DNA from: OCS116 cluster bacterium AG-430-B22
GTDB taxonomy: Bacteria; Pseudomonadota; Alphaproteobacteria; MED-G09
Direction of reading: 5' to 3'
DNA: 64,000 nucleotides
NCBI GenBank assembly: GCA_003209955.1
Contig: QCOD01000001.1
Location: forward strand, 33,330-97,329
Positions 19,093-29,465 of the stretch are shown here, piece after piece. Both the position numbers and the translations under genes were made by a program. Each line of letters opens with the position of its first letter. Position 1 is the first letter of the stretch. A model generated the notes under the pieces. It saw nothing but the letters and a program-made list of their open reading frames with translations, did no database searches and had not been told where the DNA came from.

Positions 19093-20439
19093 TTATTGAG
19101 TTTCAAGAATTCTTTCATTTTTTGTATTTTTTAATTGATCACGAATTTTTGAGTGCATTTCTTCTGTGATAGGATATTTCCATATAATAAATATAGCGGT
19201 TAAAAAGAAGAAAGAGGGTAGTGTAGAAAATAGAAACTTAAGACCAAATAATTGACTCGGACTATTATTAACATCTAACCCTGTATTAAAGTTAATCCAA
19301 GATAATGCTGTTAATGCAAGCCAGGTACCTATAGAGCCTGCTAATTTTGAAGTTAATGACCAAGATGAGAAAAATAAGCCGGATCTATTTTCTCCGCTTT
19401 TTACTGTATCTAAATCAATAACATCTGCCTTCATTGAATTTGGTAATGCTGCAAAACCCCCGGCAGCAAAACCCGTTGTAATGGTAATAGGGAGCATCCA
19501 CCAAAAATCACCTTCACCCAAAAGAAGGTAAAAAGGATGTGCAAACGCAATCATTGCAAAACTGCAAATATATGCCTTATGCTTTCCGATTTGCTTTGAT
19601 AACCAAACCCAAAACGGTACAGCAATGATATTTGTTAGATAAAAAAACGTAAGCATAAATATAGCCATTTCTTCAGCTTTAAGAACATAAGCAATAAAAA
19701 ATAAATATAGTGGAATTGTTATAGAAAAAGCTATTCCTCCAAACATAAAAGCCATTATTAATCTTTTAAATGGAGAGTTTTCCAACATAATTTTGAAACC
19801 CTTAATTGGAGAGATGTTTGATTGAACATAATCCTTAGACTCAGGAACTTTTAATACGGTTAAAAACACACATATAGGCATAATAATTACACTTGCAATC
19901 CCAACGATATATAAAACATTTGTGCTACCGCCAAGACCAAAAAAAACGAGAGCTATAGTTGGGATAAGTTGAGCGCTTAGACTACCAACTACTCCAGAAA
20001 TTGATCTCCACCCTGTAATTCTCGATCTTTCATTATAATCTGGCGATAGCTCGGCACCCCAAGCATAGTAGGGTATAATGAGCATGGTTGTTCCTATTGA
20101 AAGAAGAAACATCCATAAAAATAGATGAAGAGCTCCAGCTCCTTCAGGAGGAATAAAGAGCATATAAATACTTACCATTAGTAAGGGTGTAGCTATTGCA
20201 ATCCATGGTCTTCTTCTTCCCCATTTTGTATTAGTTCGGTCATTGATGTAACCAACTACTGGGTCAGTAAAAACATCAAAAATACGGACCGCTAAAATGA
20301 TATTTGCTGCTAAGGCTAAAGGAACTCCCATTTCACCAGTGTAAAATTTAGGGATAAAAACAAGGATAGGAAAAAGGGCAATATTTATAGGCATCTCTGC
20401 CAAGCTGTAATAAAACAAAGTTGATTTTTTTAATTTCAA
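19093..20439 (-). CDS. MFS GPH-family cation symporter
   Basis: FDVFTDPVVGYINDRT..KWGRRRPW, ELSPDYNERSR, ADVID. Confidence 0.9.
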   Translation of the reverse strand: MKLKKSTLFYYSLAEMPINIALFPILVFIPKFYTGEMGVPLALAANIILAVRIFDVFTDPVVGYINDRTNTKWGRRRPWIAIATPLLMVSIYMLFIPPEGAGALHLFLWMFLLSIGTTMLIIPYYAWGAELSPDYNERSRITGWRSISGVVGSLSAQLIPTIALVFFGLGGSTNVLYIVGIASVIIMPICVFLTVLKVPESKDYVQSNISPIKGFKIMLENSPFKRLIMAFMFGGIAFSITIPLYLFFIAYVLKAEEMAIFMLTFFYLTNIIAVPFWVWLSKQIGKHKAYICSFAMIAFAHPFYLLLGEGDFWWMLPITITTGFAAGGFAALPNSMKADVIDLDTVKSGENRSGLFFSSWSLTSKLAGSIGTWLALTALSWINFNTGLDVNNSPSQLFGLKFLFSTLPSFFFLTAIFIIWKYPITEEMHSKIRDQLKNTKNERILETQ

Positions 20440-20470
20440 TTTTCCCTCAAAGTCATGAATAAATTTATAT

Positions 20471-21256
20471 TTAATCTTTATCGAGCATGGTGTCGTGATT
20501 CCACCAAGCTAAATCCGAAAATGCTCTGATATCTATTTCATGAGTCCAAGTCGATCTATGCTGTTGAGCTATATGATAATATGTATCTGCAATTTTTTCT
20601 GGAAGTATTAATCCGTCATTTTCCATACCCTTTGTTTCTCGCATTTTTTGATATAATTCTGGTCCAAGCAATTTACCTAAAGTATCTGGTGCATCTACAG
20701 CTCCATCAATTACTACATGGGCAACATGTATTCCTTGGGAAGCAAATTCAGCATTTAGAGATTGACAAAGCATTCTTCTTGCACCCATTGCAGCTGCATG
20801 TGAGTGTTGTGTTTTATTTCCTCTCATTGCCGCAGTTGCAGAAGTTACAATTATATTACCTTTTTTTCTTTCGACCATCAAAGGACATAAAACCTTAGCA
20901 ATCCTGAACAAACCAAAACTTGCCATTCTCCAACCTAACTCAAATTCTTTATGAGTTGTTTGATGAAGTAATTTCATTCCAGTCTGAGCGCCTAAATTAT
21001 AGATTAGAACCTCAATTGGACCTATGTCTCTTTCTATAGAGACAATTAAGTCTTCCAATACATTATCATCAACAGCATTAAGAAGGGATCCTGATGCTTT
21101 ACCACCATTTTCTTCAATATTACCAATTAAACGATCAAGACCTTCTTTATCACTTCTTCGACATAAATATGAGTGATATCCTTCTTTCGCAAATTTTGCA
21201 GCAACAGTTCCTCCGATCCCTGCTCCTGCACCAAGAACTAGACATACAGGTTTCAT
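20471..21256 (-). CDS. SDR family oxidoreductase (atypical catalytic motif)
   Basis: LGAGAGIG, TSATAAMRG, GIHVAHVVIDG; YxxxK replaced by HAAAM. Confidence 0.85.
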   Translation of the reverse strand: MKPVCLVLGAGAGIGGTVAAKFAKEGYHSYLCRRSDKEGLDRLIGNIEENGGKASGSLLNAVDDNVLEDLIVSIERDIGPIEVLIYNLGAQTGMKLLHQTTHKEFELGWRMASFGLFRIAKVLCPLMVERKKGNIIVTSATAAMRGNKTQHSHAAAMGARRMLCQSLNAEFASQGIHVAHVVIDGAVDAPDTLGKLLGPELYQKMRETKGMENDGLILPEKIADTYYHIAQQHRSTWTHEIDIRAFSDLAWWNHDTMLDKD

Positions 21257-21265
21257 TTTTACTCC

Positions 21266-21874
21266 TTATTTTTTTGGTTCTGATTCTTTTTGATACTTAT
21301 AATAATCTTCAACAGGAATCATTACATGTGCCCATATTGTTTTTGGAAACATCACATAAGGGGCGCCATTTGTAAAATCAGCATTCATATTGTCCAAACT
21401 AGATGGGTCCTTTGGCATAAGCATCAAATGTGGACCAGACTCAATCCATTGACCTGGTGTGCTATCTTTTTCATTTAATATACCAGCCTTAGAGTTGTCC
21501 TCTCCTACATCACCATGAAGCATCCACATCCAGCCATCATTATCAAGTTGAGGTGTCTTACCCTGCATATATGCCATCATCCATTTGATTGCTTCTTTAT
21601 CGGAACATGCTGGCATAGCTTCATGAACATCCTTCCAGCCTTCTTTAGGAAAAGGTCTAGGATTGCCTGCCTGGCATGTCCAACCATTGGTTCCTTCCCT
21701 AAGTATTTTACCATCTCCACCTATAATTGTTGCAAAATCACCAATAAATGAAGGAGCCGCGCTTGAGTAAGCTTTAATCTGCCATTCATCAGAACTGTTT
21801 TTTTCTCCAGCATAAGTTTCGGTTAATGAAAGTAAAAATAAAACTACAAAAGTGAATAGAATAAATTTTTTCAT
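21266..21874 (-). CDS. Secreted conserved hypothetical protein
   Basis: Signal peptide; enzyme-like motifs SAAP, REGTNGWTC, WMLHGD, GPHLM, PYVM, AHVMIP. Confidence 0.75.
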   Translation of the reverse strand: MKKFILFTFVVLFLLSLTETYAGEKNSSDEWQIKAYSSAAPSFIGDFATIIGGDGKILREGTNGWTCQAGNPRPFPKEGWKDVHEAMPACSDKEAIKWMMAYMQGKTPQLDNDGWMWMLHGDVGEDNSKAGILNEKDSTPGQWIESGPHLMLMPKDPSSLDNMNADFTNGAPYVMFPKTIWAHVMIPVEDYYKYQKESEPKK

Positions 21875-21965
21875 AATTTTTGACCTCTTTTAAAATATTA
21901 AAAATATTTTAAATAAATAAATAACTTAAACAATTAAATTATGAAAATAGATCAACTAATATTAC

Positions 21966-23204
21966 CTAATTAGTTATTAAATCTTCTTCTTTATGAATAA
22001 AAAACCGAGAAATAATAATCATGCCAATATTAAATAATGCATGAATAGCTAATACTTGAGCAGCCAATAGCTCAATTGATATAATTCCTGAATAAATTAT
22101 AGATAAAACCAATACAGACCTAATAGATTCATAAATGATAGTGTTAACCTTATTTGATAAAACTAGAGAAATTATTATTGATGAGAGAAAAAGAGAAATA
22201 CCAAAGATGGCAGTCTCTAAGAAATTTTGACTTTTTAGAGTGAAAAAAACTACAAGTGTCATAAAAGGAATAAAAATCAATTGTATCCAAACAAATTTCA
22301 TAAGGTTAGGGGATATTTTTGGATCAAATTTATCATTTTGATCAATATTTCTATAAGGGAATTTCTTTTCAACATCTTCTGGACGCCAATTAGTCCTTGA
22401 AAACCAAACTTTTATTTTATCTCTCCAATTTTTTGTACGGTATGAGTCTTTCGCCATATTAATAAATACTTCAATATTTGCCCATAAAGGATTCCAACTT
22501 CTTAATGCTTTAACAGTTCCGTATACAGGCTTTAAGTCATCTCTTTCTTCACAATATGTCCCAAAAAATCTATCCCATATAATAAAAACACCTCCGTAAT
22601 TTTTATCGACATACTCAGGATTCTTAGCGTGATGTATTCTATGGTTACTTGGAGTTATAAAATACCTTTCATACCATCCTAATTTACCAATATGTTCTGT
22701 ATGAACCCAAAATTGGTAAATCAGATTTAAACCTCCTACAGCAACAAATACAGGTGAAGGTATCCCAACAAGAAGAATTGGTACAAAAAATATCCACTTC
22801 CATAAAAAACCTGTACTAGTTTGTCTTAATGCCGTTGAAAGATTAAATTCTTCTCCATGATGATGAACAACATGTGTTGCCCAGAGAAATTTATATTCAT
22901 GATGCAATCTATGCATCCAGTAATATAAAAAATCATATAAAAAAAATGCAAAAATCCATGTAAATGGTGAGTTAATAGATAATTGAAAGAGATTCATATT
23001 TATAGCAACATATGAAAATGTAAGACCTTGAAATCCAAGGTTTAATATTGTTGGAAATCTACTGATTAAGCCGATATTGATACTCGTAATTGTATCATTT
23101 AATCTATAATTATTTTTACCTTTTACATAACCGTAAAGTAATTCAATACAGATCATTAAAAAGAAAATAGGAATAGCTAAAAATATGAGAAATGATTTAT
23201 CCAT
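21966..23204 (-). CDS. Fatty acid hydroxylase/sterol desaturase family, alkylglycerol monooxygenase-like
   Basis: His boxes HRLHH, HVVHH (then GEEFNLSTALRQ), QFWVHTE, HRIHH, KNYGG; extra C-terminal TM domain. Confidence 0.88.
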   Translation of the reverse strand: MDKSFLIFLAIPIFFLMICIELLYGYVKGKNNYRLNDTITSINIGLISRFPTILNLGFQGLTFSYVAINMNLFQLSINSPFTWIFAFFLYDFLYYWMHRLHHEYKFLWATHVVHHHGEEFNLSTALRQTSTGFLWKWIFFVPILLVGIPSPVFVAVGGLNLIYQFWVHTEHIGKLGWYERYFITPSNHRIHHAKNPEYVDKNYGGVFIIWDRFFGTYCEERDDLKPVYGTVKALRSWNPLWANIEVFINMAKDSYRTKNWRDKIKVWFSRTNWRPEDVEKKFPYRNIDQNDKFDPKISPNLMKFVWIQLIFIPFMTLVVFFTLKSQNFLETAIFGISLFLSSIIISLVLSNKVNTIIYESIRSVLVLSIIYSGIISIELLAAQVLAIHALFNIGMIIISRFFIHKEEDLITN

Positions 23205-23268
23205 GATTTTTCTTTAATTTTTCATTTTTTATATAATATTTGTTAAATTGTAAACAAAGGGAAATATT

Positions 23269-24204
23269 ATGGCTGTAAAATTACCAGATTCAAATGATGA
23301 AAATTGCCTAATTCTTTTTGAAAAAGTTGAAAAGGATTTATTTTCCTATTCTGATAGGATTAAAATTAAAAATATTGATCAAAAATTTTTCAAAGAAATA
23401 GTAATTCCTATAGCTGTATATCTAAATTCGTTAGAAAAGACTGCTAAACCATTATTGATAGGCCTTACAGGCGGGCAAGGTTCAGGTAAAACAACATTAT
23501 CTGACTTTGTTCAGTTGGCCTTAAAAAAAGGATTTAAAAAAAGAACTACAGGCTTCTCAATTGATGACATATACAAATCTCAAAATGATAGAGAATTACT
23601 TGGAAAAAAAATTCATTCTATGTGTAAAGTCAGGGGTGTACCTGGCACTCATGATGTTGACCTTGCTATAAAGACAATAGATTCCTTAAATTTTGCCACA
23701 AATGAAATGATTACATCAATTCCTGTATTTTCTAAGCCATTAGATAAGCATTTACCAGAGAGCGAATGGGTGCAATATAAAGGAAAACCAGATTTTATTT
23801 TTTTTGATGGATGGTTTTGCGGAGCTAAGCCAATTTCTGAAAAAAATTGGTCACCACCTTTAAACGAACTAGAAGAAAAACAAGATCCAGATGGAGTTTG
23901 GTCAAAGTGGTATAATAGAGAATTATCGGGAGATTATCAGGAATTGTTTAACAGTTTTGATATATTGCTCATGATTAAGGTACCAAGCATGGAACATATT
24001 TTTGAAAGTAGATGGATACAAGAAAAAACTCTTGAAAAAAATCTTACTGATCCAGAAATGAAAAAGAAAATTATGACAAAAGAAGAAGTTATTCATTTTG
24101 TTATGCATTATGAAAGGTTAACAAGATATGTTTTGGAAGAAATACCAAAATTTGCTGATATAGTATTGTATAGGGATAATGAATTTAATTTTAAACAAAT
24201 GTAA
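23269..24204 (+). CDS. D-glycerate 3-kinase (GLYK)-like P-loop kinase
   Basis: GGQGSGKTT, SIDDIY, RGVPGTHD, FDGW.CG, FVMHYERLT. Confidence 0.8.
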   Translation: MAVKLPDSNDENCLILFEKVEKDLFSYSDRIKIKNIDQKFFKEIVIPIAVYLNSLEKTAKPLLIGLTGGQGSGKTTLSDFVQLALKKGFKKRTTGFSIDDIYKSQNDRELLGKKIHSMCKVRGVPGTHDVDLAIKTIDSLNFATNEMITSIPVFSKPLDKHLPESEWVQYKGKPDFIFFDGWFCGAKPISEKNWSPPLNELEEKQDPDGVWSKWYNRELSGDYQELFNSFDILLMIKVPSMEHIFESRWIQEKTLEKNLTDPEMKKKIMTKEEVIHFVMHYERLTRYVLEEIPKFADIVLYRDNEFNFKQM

Positions 24205-24212
24205 GGGAAGCT

Positions 24213-24803
24213 ATGGAAGAGAATAATTTACCAAAAATTATTAGGGCACAAAAACAGCAAAAAGATAAAATAAAAGGCGTTTTAAAACTTGGATTTTCAT
24301 CTGATCCTTTAATAAGATGGGTGTTTCCTGATCCAAATATTTATTTAGTAAATTTTGATACATGGATGGAAGAATTTTCAAAAATATCTTTTTCTAATGA
24401 TGTAGTATTTGCCGAAGAAAATTTTCATGGAGCTTCACTATGGCATCCACCTGGTTTTGAATTTGATGAAACATGTTTATATCCAACACTAGAATGGATG
24501 ACAGAGGAGAGAATTGAATTTGTAAGTCAGTTTTTTGAGGAATTCTCAAATTACCATCCCGATGATGCCTGGTATTTGGCTTTTATTGGCGTCGATCCAT
24601 CAAAACAAGGTCTTGGTGTTGGTTCCTTTATATTAAAAGAAGCCCTCAAAACGATTGATGAAAGAGGCGAGAGAGCATATTTAGAATCTTCTAATCCTCG
24701 AAATATGTCGCTCTATGAAAGGCATGGTTTTGAAAGTATGGGTAAAGTTCAAATTGGCGACTCTCCGCCTGCACACCCTATGATAAGAGAGCCAAGGAAA
24801 TAA
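24213..24803 (+). CDS. GNAT N-acetyltransferase
   Basis: WYLAFIGVDPSKQGLGVG, AYLESSNPRN..LYERHGF. Confidence 0.9.
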   Translation: MEENNLPKIIRAQKQQKDKIKGVLKLGFSSDPLIRWVFPDPNIYLVNFDTWMEEFSKISFSNDVVFAEENFHGASLWHPPGFEFDETCLYPTLEWMTEERIEFVSQFFEEFSNYHPDDAWYLAFIGVDPSKQGLGVGSFILKEALKTIDERGERAYLESSNPRNMSLYERHGFESMGKVQIGDSPPAHPMIREPRK

Positions 24804-24872
24804 AGTTGTTGTTGAGTATTTAAATACATTCTGTAATATTGATGTCATTATTTAGGATTAAGGGAGATACAT

Positions 24873-25571
24873 ATGTCAAATATATTAATTGTTGGTGCTA
24901 CGAGAGGAATTGGGCTTGAATTAACAAAGCAGTATTCCGATGAAGGAAGCTCTGTAATTGCCTGTGCTAGAGATAAAGCCAATGCTTCTTTACTTGACGA
25001 AATTGCTTCAGGATCAGAAAATATTTCTATCGAACAGCTTGATATTGCAAATCCCTCATCGATTGACGCTGCTGCAACTAATATAGGAGATAGTGTTATA
25101 GATACTGTAATAATAGTTGCAGGTGATGTTGGAGGAGATCCAATGGAACAACAATCACTTGATAATATAGATATAGATCAGTGGCATAAAACTCTTGATA
25201 TAAACACAATTGGCCCACTTTTGGTTGCGAAAGCATTTAAAAGCAATTTAGTTGCTTCGGGTAATGGAAACCTAATGATACTTTCCAGTCAGTTAGGCGC
25301 TTCTACATGGCCAATGGGTGGAATGTATATATATTCAACCACTAAAGCTGCAGTTGGTAAAGTCGGTAAAATATTATCTCTTGATTGGGCTGAAGATCCA
25401 ATAACTGTGTCAATCATGCATCCAGGATGGGTTCAAACGGATATGGGTGGACCAGGGGCAGAAATAACAGCAGAAGAAAGTGCATCTGGCATTAGGAATG
25501 TGATTAGCGGACTAACAAAAGAAGATTCTGGCAATTTTTATAAATGGAATGGCGATATTCATCCTTGGTAG
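24873..25571 (+). CDS. SDR, CsgA/C-factor-like
   Basis: VGATRGIG, SSQLG, YSTTK, HPGWVQTDMGG, ends in HPW. Confidence 0.9.
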   Translation: MSNILIVGATRGIGLELTKQYSDEGSSVIACARDKANASLLDEIASGSENISIEQLDIANPSSIDAAATNIGDSVIDTVIIVAGDVGGDPMEQQSLDNIDIDQWHKTLDINTIGPLLVAKAFKSNLVASGNGNLMILSSQLGASTWPMGGMYIYSTTKAAVGKVGKILSLDWAEDPITVSIMHPGWVQTDMGGPGAEITAEESASGIRNVISGLTKEDSGNFYKWNGDIHPW

Positions 25572-25603
25572 TCTATAATTCTGTGATTTAAGAATTTATT
25601 TAA

Positions 25604-26719
25604 TTAGATATTAACAATTATCCCTTCATTTGGATTTATATTACCTTGAATAACTTCATCATAAGTATCTAAAAAATTATTTAATCCTGAAACTTCTTTA
25701 ATGTTCATCCAATTTTTGCTTTGTTCGGCTCTAGCATCCATAAAAGATGTTGTTTTTTTATTGTAACCATCTGTTCCCCAGTCACTTATTCTTTTTTGGA
25801 TATGATCTGGAGCAAAAAAGAACTCAGTTCTATCTCTATTCATGAGTTGACCCATTGCATCATCAGCTGTTGTTTCATTATCCCAATGTGTCATACCAAC
25901 TGTAATACACTTAAGCATGTGATTTCCAAGTGAGCTATGAAGTTTTCCTAGTATTTCTCTATTACCAGCCATATCGACCATTACACTAGAATTATTAATA
26001 TTTATATCACCAAGGTCATCATAATAATAAATCTGATCATATGAATTTAAGCTTTTTACAAATTCAGAATTTCTTTTTGAAGTTAACCCAATAATTTCAG
26101 GTTTTCTCTCCTCACTTTGTAAACCTTGAGCAAGACCAATAGCTGTTTTACTAGATGCACTCACTATGATCACCTGTTCAGCCCCTAAATAATTTTCATT
26201 TTGAAGATAATCACATAAACAAAAAGATGTTACATGAAGTGGAAATAAAAGAGCTCTTATCTTGTCATTATTCTTATTATAATTGTTTTCATTGTTTAAT
26301 CTTATGTAATTATTGTAAACTGGAGGTAATTCTTTTCGATGTTCTTCGCCATCTATAAAAGTTTTTTGTGAAATTTTTATCGGTTTCAAAGTCAAAATAT
26401 TAGATGCTGGAAAATAACCAAAAAGTCTTTCTCCGACTTGTAATTCTTTATTATTTGAGTACTTTATTTCAGCAAAACCCCACATTGGTATGCATCCCCA
26501 AATGTTCTCAGGATCACTCATGGTTGGGAAAAATTGCCAGTAACCCATCATTTCGCCTGCAACACCGTATGTAACATTGTTAGATGTGAAAGCAAAATTT
26601 TCAATTTGAACTATTATTTCTCCATTTTTTAAATCATCCAAATTAATATCATTTGTAACAATTCTTCTTTGCGTTAAATTTTTTTTTGATGTTTGTAACT
26701 CTTCTTTGATAAGACTCAT
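25604..26719 (-). CDS. DUF2855 family protein
   Basis: FAFTSNNVTY, YWQFFP, PMWGFA, GERLFGYFP, SASSKTA, VGMTHW, FFFAP. Confidence 0.8.
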   Translation of the reverse strand: MSLIKEELQTSKKNLTQRRIVTNDINLDDLKNGEIIVQIENFAFTSNNVTYGVAGEMMGYWQFFPTMSDPENIWGCIPMWGFAEIKYSNNKELQVGERLFGYFPASNILTLKPIKISQKTFIDGEEHRKELPPVYNNYIRLNNENNYNKNNDKIRALLFPLHVTSFCLCDYLQNENYLGAEQVIIVSASSKTAIGLAQGLQSEERKPEIIGLTSKRNSEFVKSLNSYDQIYYYDDLGDININNSSVMVDMAGNREILGKLHSSLGNHMLKCITVGMTHWDNETTADDAMGQLMNRDRTEFFFAPDHIQKRISDWGTDGYNKKTTSFMDARAEQSKNWMNIKEVSGLNNFLDTYDEVIQGNINPNEGIIVNI

Positions 26720-26770
26720 AACCAACCTTTATTACTTGTTATTTTTTATTATAGATAGGAGTATATATTA

Positions 26771-27814
26771 TTGGAAAATAAAAACAAAATAACGATAATT
26801 GGAGTACCAGCATCACCCTACACTAGAAAAATGCTAGCTGCTTTAAGGTATAGAAATATTCAGCATTCCGTAATTTGGGGTAATGCCAAAGAAATATTAA
26901 ATTCGATGGGCTTGGAGACTCCCAAACCCACACTTTTACCAGTAGTTTTATTGAATAATGGCAGTGAAGTTAAAGCTATTTGTGATACAACACCTATAAT
27001 AAGAAAACTTGAGGTTAGTAAGTCTGAAAGAGGTATTATTCCGAAAAATAAATCTCTTGCTTTATTAAATTCAATTCTTGAAGATTTTGGCGATGAATGG
27101 GTAACTAAATACATGTTCCATTATCGATGGCATTTTCAAAGGGATATTGATAATGCTGGCAATATATTGCCTCTTCTTCACTCAGTGAGCTTAGAAGAAA
27201 AAACTCATAAAGATTTTAAAAAATATATTACTGATTTGCAGATAAGTAGATTATGGGTTGTTGGTTCCAACGAAAAAACTGCAGATATTATTGAAAGAAG
27301 TTATAAAAGATTTCTAGTATTATTAGAAAATCATTTTGAAACTACCCCCTTTTTATTTGGTGATAAGCCTTTATCATCAGATTTTGCTTTTTATGGACAA
27401 ATGACCCAACTCATTGGCTTTGATCCAACGTCAAGAGAAATAGCTCTTGAGTTATCACCTAGAGCTGTTGCTTGGGTTGATATTATGGAAGATTTATCAG
27501 GTTTTGATGAAGACTCAAGTCATCTTTTATCAATTGAAAATCTTCCAGAAACAACCTTTTCCATTTTTGAGGAATTGAGTCATGGATATGTACCTGCAAT
27601 GATTGCAAATTCAATAGCTTTTAAAAAAGGTCAAGAAACTTGGTCAACAAAAATTGATAATCAAATATGGGAACAAAAAACATTTCCTTATCAAGCTAAG
27701 TGCCTAGAATGGATTAGAGAAGAATTTAATGAGCTTGAGCAAGATGACAAGACAAAGGTTTTTAATTTTTTAACAAAAATGGGCTGTGAAAAATTACTGA
27801 TCAATAAGGAGTAA
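26771..27814 (+). CDS. GST-fold protein (long form)
   Basis: SPYTRKM...RYR, DTTPII, EDFGDEW...MFHYRW, FLFG..P..SDFA. Confidence 0.8.
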   Translation: MENKNKITIIGVPASPYTRKMLAALRYRNIQHSVIWGNAKEILNSMGLETPKPTLLPVVLLNNGSEVKAICDTTPIIRKLEVSKSERGIIPKNKSLALLNSILEDFGDEWVTKYMFHYRWHFQRDIDNAGNILPLLHSVSLEEKTHKDFKKYITDLQISRLWVVGSNEKTADIIERSYKRFLVLLENHFETTPFLFGDKPLSSDFAFYGQMTQLIGFDPTSREIALELSPRAVAWVDIMEDLSGFDEDSSHLLSIENLPETTFSIFEELSHGYVPAMIANSIAFKKGQETWSTKIDNQIWEQKTFPYQAKCLEWIREEFNELEQDDKTKVFNFLTKMGCEKLLINKE

Positions 27815-27816
27815 AT

Positions 27817-28884
27817 ATGAAAATATTGAGAACACCTGATAAAAGTTTTGATGTAATAACCGATTTTCCTTATGAACCATGTTATACCAATATTAAGACT
27901 AAAGATGGTAGTGAATTAAGAATACATCACATAGATGAAGGGCCTAAAGATGGACCTATTCTATTGGCAATGCATGGCCAACCAGTTTGGTGTTATCTCT
28001 ACTCAAGAATGATACCCTTCTTAACAAAAGCTGGAATAAGAGTAATCGCCCCTGATTTACCGGGTTATGGAAAGTCTGATAAGCCGGCTTCAAGATCTGA
28101 TTACAGTTATCAAAATCAAGTTGATTGGATGGTGGACTGGTTAAATGCTAATGATTTTAAAGATATAACTTTCTTTGGACAGGATTGGGGTGGGCTAATT
28201 GGGTTAAGAGTAGTTGCGAGGGAGTCACATAGATTTTCAAAGGTTTCAATGGGTAATACCGGACTTCCCTATAATCCAGATGCACCAGAAGAGGTTGTTA
28301 AGGAAATAAAAACCTTTAGAGAGAGTGATATAAAGCTATACCCATTATCTATGGCTAAACAAGTGAGAGAAATGGATAATGGTAAATTACATCCTGGATT
28401 AAAATTTATGTACTGGCAGAAATTTTGTTGGGATACGGAAGATCTTCCCATTGGTTTTATACAATCTATGCAAATGGAAAAGAGGTCACTAATTTCAACA
28501 ATTATAAATTATATATTTATATTATTAGGAAAATATAGTGCTTCTCCTTTCAAGTCATATATAGCAAAAGCATACGAGGCACCATTTCCAGACCCAAGCT
28601 ACAAAATGGGCCCTAGAGCAATGCCAAGTCAAGTACCTATAATTCCTGATCAATCTCTTGAAGAGCAAAGGAAAGCAAGAGAATTTTTTAGTAAATGGGA
28701 TAAACCTTTTCTGAGTGTTTTTGCAGGTGATGATCCTGTAACAAATGGAATTGAACAAGATGTATTAAATATGTGTCCAAATGCAAAAAGCGCACCTCAT
28801 ATTGGTGGTGGCCATTTTTTTCAATGGAAAAGGTCTAAAAAACTTTCAGAGATTCTAATAGACTTTATCAAGGAAAATAAATGA
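27817..28884 (+). CDS. Haloalkane dehalogenase (HLD-I-like alpha/beta hydrolase)
   Basis: LRTPD, HGQPVWCYLY, PDLPGYGKSDKP, QDWGG, AYEAPFPD, GDDPV, GHFFQ. Confidence 0.85.
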   Translation: MKILRTPDKSFDVITDFPYEPCYTNIKTKDGSELRIHHIDEGPKDGPILLAMHGQPVWCYLYSRMIPFLTKAGIRVIAPDLPGYGKSDKPASRSDYSYQNQVDWMVDWLNANDFKDITFFGQDWGGLIGLRVVARESHRFSKVSMGNTGLPYNPDAPEEVVKEIKTFRESDIKLYPLSMAKQVREMDNGKLHPGLKFMYWQKFCWDTEDLPIGFIQSMQMEKRSLISTIINYIFILLGKYSASPFKSYIAKAYEAPFPDPSYKMGPRAMPSQVPIIPDQSLEEQRKAREFFSKWDKPFLSVFAGDDPVTNGIEQDVLNMCPNAKSAPHIGGGHFFQWKRSKKLSEILIDFIKENK

Positions 28885-29465
28885 AGAGTTTTGTAATTAT
28901 TATTAGTGTGTTTATAATTTTAGGAAGTGTTGGTTGGCATTTCCGAGCAAATATTATTTTTGAAATATATCCCCTTATAATTGAAGCACGGGGGTATGGA
29001 GAAAAGTCGGAGTTATCTTTAAAAGAAATTAATGGAGTTGAGATTATGGAAGTAAAAAATGCATTAGTACCAAATGATGAACAAATGAAAGGTTTTATGG
29101 AAGGTGATATTGATACGCCTATATATATGGTTAATTTACTTAAATTTAGAGATAAAGCAGAATATGAAGATGGTAGGGAAACTAATTTAACAGGTGAAGA
29201 GGCTTACTTAATTTATGGAAAAGAAGTGCAAAAGCATCTTAAAAAATTTGGAGCTGAACCAATTTTTTCAGGAAGAGTTGCACGGCTGATGTTAGGCGAA
29301 GTAGGAGAACTTTGGGATGTAATCGCAATTGCTAAATATCCCAATCGAAAAGCTATGATGGAAATGATTATGGATGCGGATTATAGAGAAAGTGAAAAAC
29401 ATCGTGCTGCAGGTTTAAAAGGCCAACTTAATATTGAAACTAAAACAGGAGAGTTTGATTGGTAG
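28881..29465 (+). CDS. DUF1330-like protein with N-terminal membrane anchor
   Basis: MVNLLKFRDKAEY.DG...TGEEAY..Y, HRAAGL.GQL; alternative internal start near 29046. Confidence 0.75.
   Translation: MKSFVIIISVFIILGSVGWHFRANIIFEIYPLIIEARGYGEKSELSLKEINGVEIMEVKNALVPNDEQMKGFMEGDIDTPIYMVNLLKFRDKAEYEDGRETNLTGEEAYLIYGKEVQKHLKKFGAEPIFSGRVARLMLGEVGELWDVIAIAKYPNRKAMMEMIMDADYRESEKHRAAGLKGQLNIETKTGEFDW

Noticed and set aside
21889..21913. 11-3-11 inverted repeat TTTAAAATATT-AAA-AATATTTTAAA
   Set aside because: Entirely A/T in a very AT-rich gap; chance cannot be excluded.
24816..24827. Palindrome GTATTTAAATAC upstream of an SDR
   Set aside because: Short, AT-rich and not noticed elsewhere.
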